DNA from: Macrostomum lignano
Lineage: Eukaryota
Assembly: GCA_002269645.1 (NCBI GenBank)
Contig: NIVC01003466.1
Coordinates: 32,447-96,446 of the forward strand
Reading direction: 5' to 3'
DNA length: 64,000 bases
The notes under the pieces: model-generated
What the model was told of the DNA's origin: nothing
The model's database searches: none
The model's input: the letters and a program-made list of their open reading frames with translations, nothing else
Made by a program: the position numbers and the translations under genes
Shown here: positions 63,040 through 64,000 of the stretch, one piece after another
Position numbering within the stretch: position 1 is the stretch's first letter
Layout of the letters: each line of letters begins with the position of its first letter

Positions 63040-64000
63040 CTTTGAAACTTTTTTCACCTCTGACCGACAAGAAAGACAACGAACCACCTTCTGATGAGAC
63101 TCCTCGGACTGAGAGGAAATTCACAAACCACCTTCTGAAGAGACACCTCAGAAGAGACACCTCAACCGCTAGGGCTTCGGGTGGAGAGTTTGTTGTTTCA
63201 CTTGGCCGTAAAAACAGAGACGAAACTAACCCTGAAACACTTATCTTAAATCCACAGTGTCTGACGATGCTGGCCGATACCGAGTCCCGCCCCCCGGTCG
63301 AGCCAGCACGCCAAACAGCCCGCTCGTGCGATCCTCAGTAGCGGGAGGTCGTCTGCAGCAACAGCAGCAGCAGCAACAGGTCCGACCAAGGGCTTATTCG
63401 GTGCTCACTTCAGATGCCTCACCTGGAATCAGGAAGCGCCAGCAGGAAGAAAATTTGTTGATAGATTTTGTTAACGCGTCTTCTGAAAAGGATCACAAAA
63501 AAGAATCTGGTACTCACCTGGCTAAGGCTCCTATTCTTAGCGATAGTAACTCTGAGGATGAGGCACGGACTAAAAAACAAGCATTTAAAGAGACACCTCA
63601 GACCGATGCGATAGGTAAAAAACCTGCGTCTGACGAGGCACCTCAAACATATAGAAAAGGTCAAAAACAATCTTCCGAAGAAACACCTCTGACCGACAGG
63701 AAAGACAACAAACCACCTTCTGATGAGACTCCTCGGACTGAGAGGAAATGTCACAAACCACCTTCTGAAGAGACACCTCAGACCGAAAGAAAAGATAAAA
63801 AATCTGCTTCGACGAGACCCCTCAGACCGACTGGAAGGGTCACAAACCAGCTACTGAAGAGATTCTCGGACCGAGAGAAAAGGTCACAAACCACCTTCTA
63901 ACGAGAGATCACAGACTGACAAGAAAGGTCACAAAACGGTTTCTGAAGAGGCACCTCAGACCGACAGAAAGGGTAAAAGAACAGCTTCGGACGAGACACC
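63040..64000. repeat. Degenerate about 42-bp repeat (cacaaaccaccttctgaagagacacctcagaccg...) at 63040-63155 and 63590-64000
   Basis: About 90-bp block 63062-63153 recurs at 63691-63782. Confidence 0.8.
63258..63410 (+). CDS. HHD protein next exon (3' boundary unresolved; frame stays open to 63901)
   Basis: tccacag|LSDDAGRYRVPPPGRASTPNSP...polyQ; phase 1 fits the previous exon. Confidence 0.55.

Overview
Eukaryotic (animal) genomic DNA, about one third tandem repeat by hand estimate; the style resembles free-living flatworms such as Macrostomum (inference only). Spliced gene models built by hand, with consistent exon phases: INPP1 (+, 5 coding exons, 1943-15194); a divergent transmembrane semaphorin (-, 8 exons, 39145-18646, 822 aa: signal peptide, Sema, PSI, TM, low-complexity tail); ZC3H10 (-, single coding exon, 45809-44703); and a harmonin-homology-domain protein (+, from 57779, 3' end unresolved). 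About 33 unrelated minisatellite or microsatellite arrays, eight copies or fragments of one tRNA-headed SINE family, a CORE-like SINE, a decayed non-LTR retrotransposon 3' end and a candidate MITE are also present. Main leads: unrelated tandem arrays tend to sit right at exon boundaries; candidate hidden exons lie at array edges, including a possible antisense gene nested in INPP1 intron 1; and all four start codons lie just downstream of a 3' splice acceptor, which suggests trans-splicing. No CRISPR, rRNA or true tRNA gene was found. All coordinates and counts are by hand; repeat boundaries are approximate.
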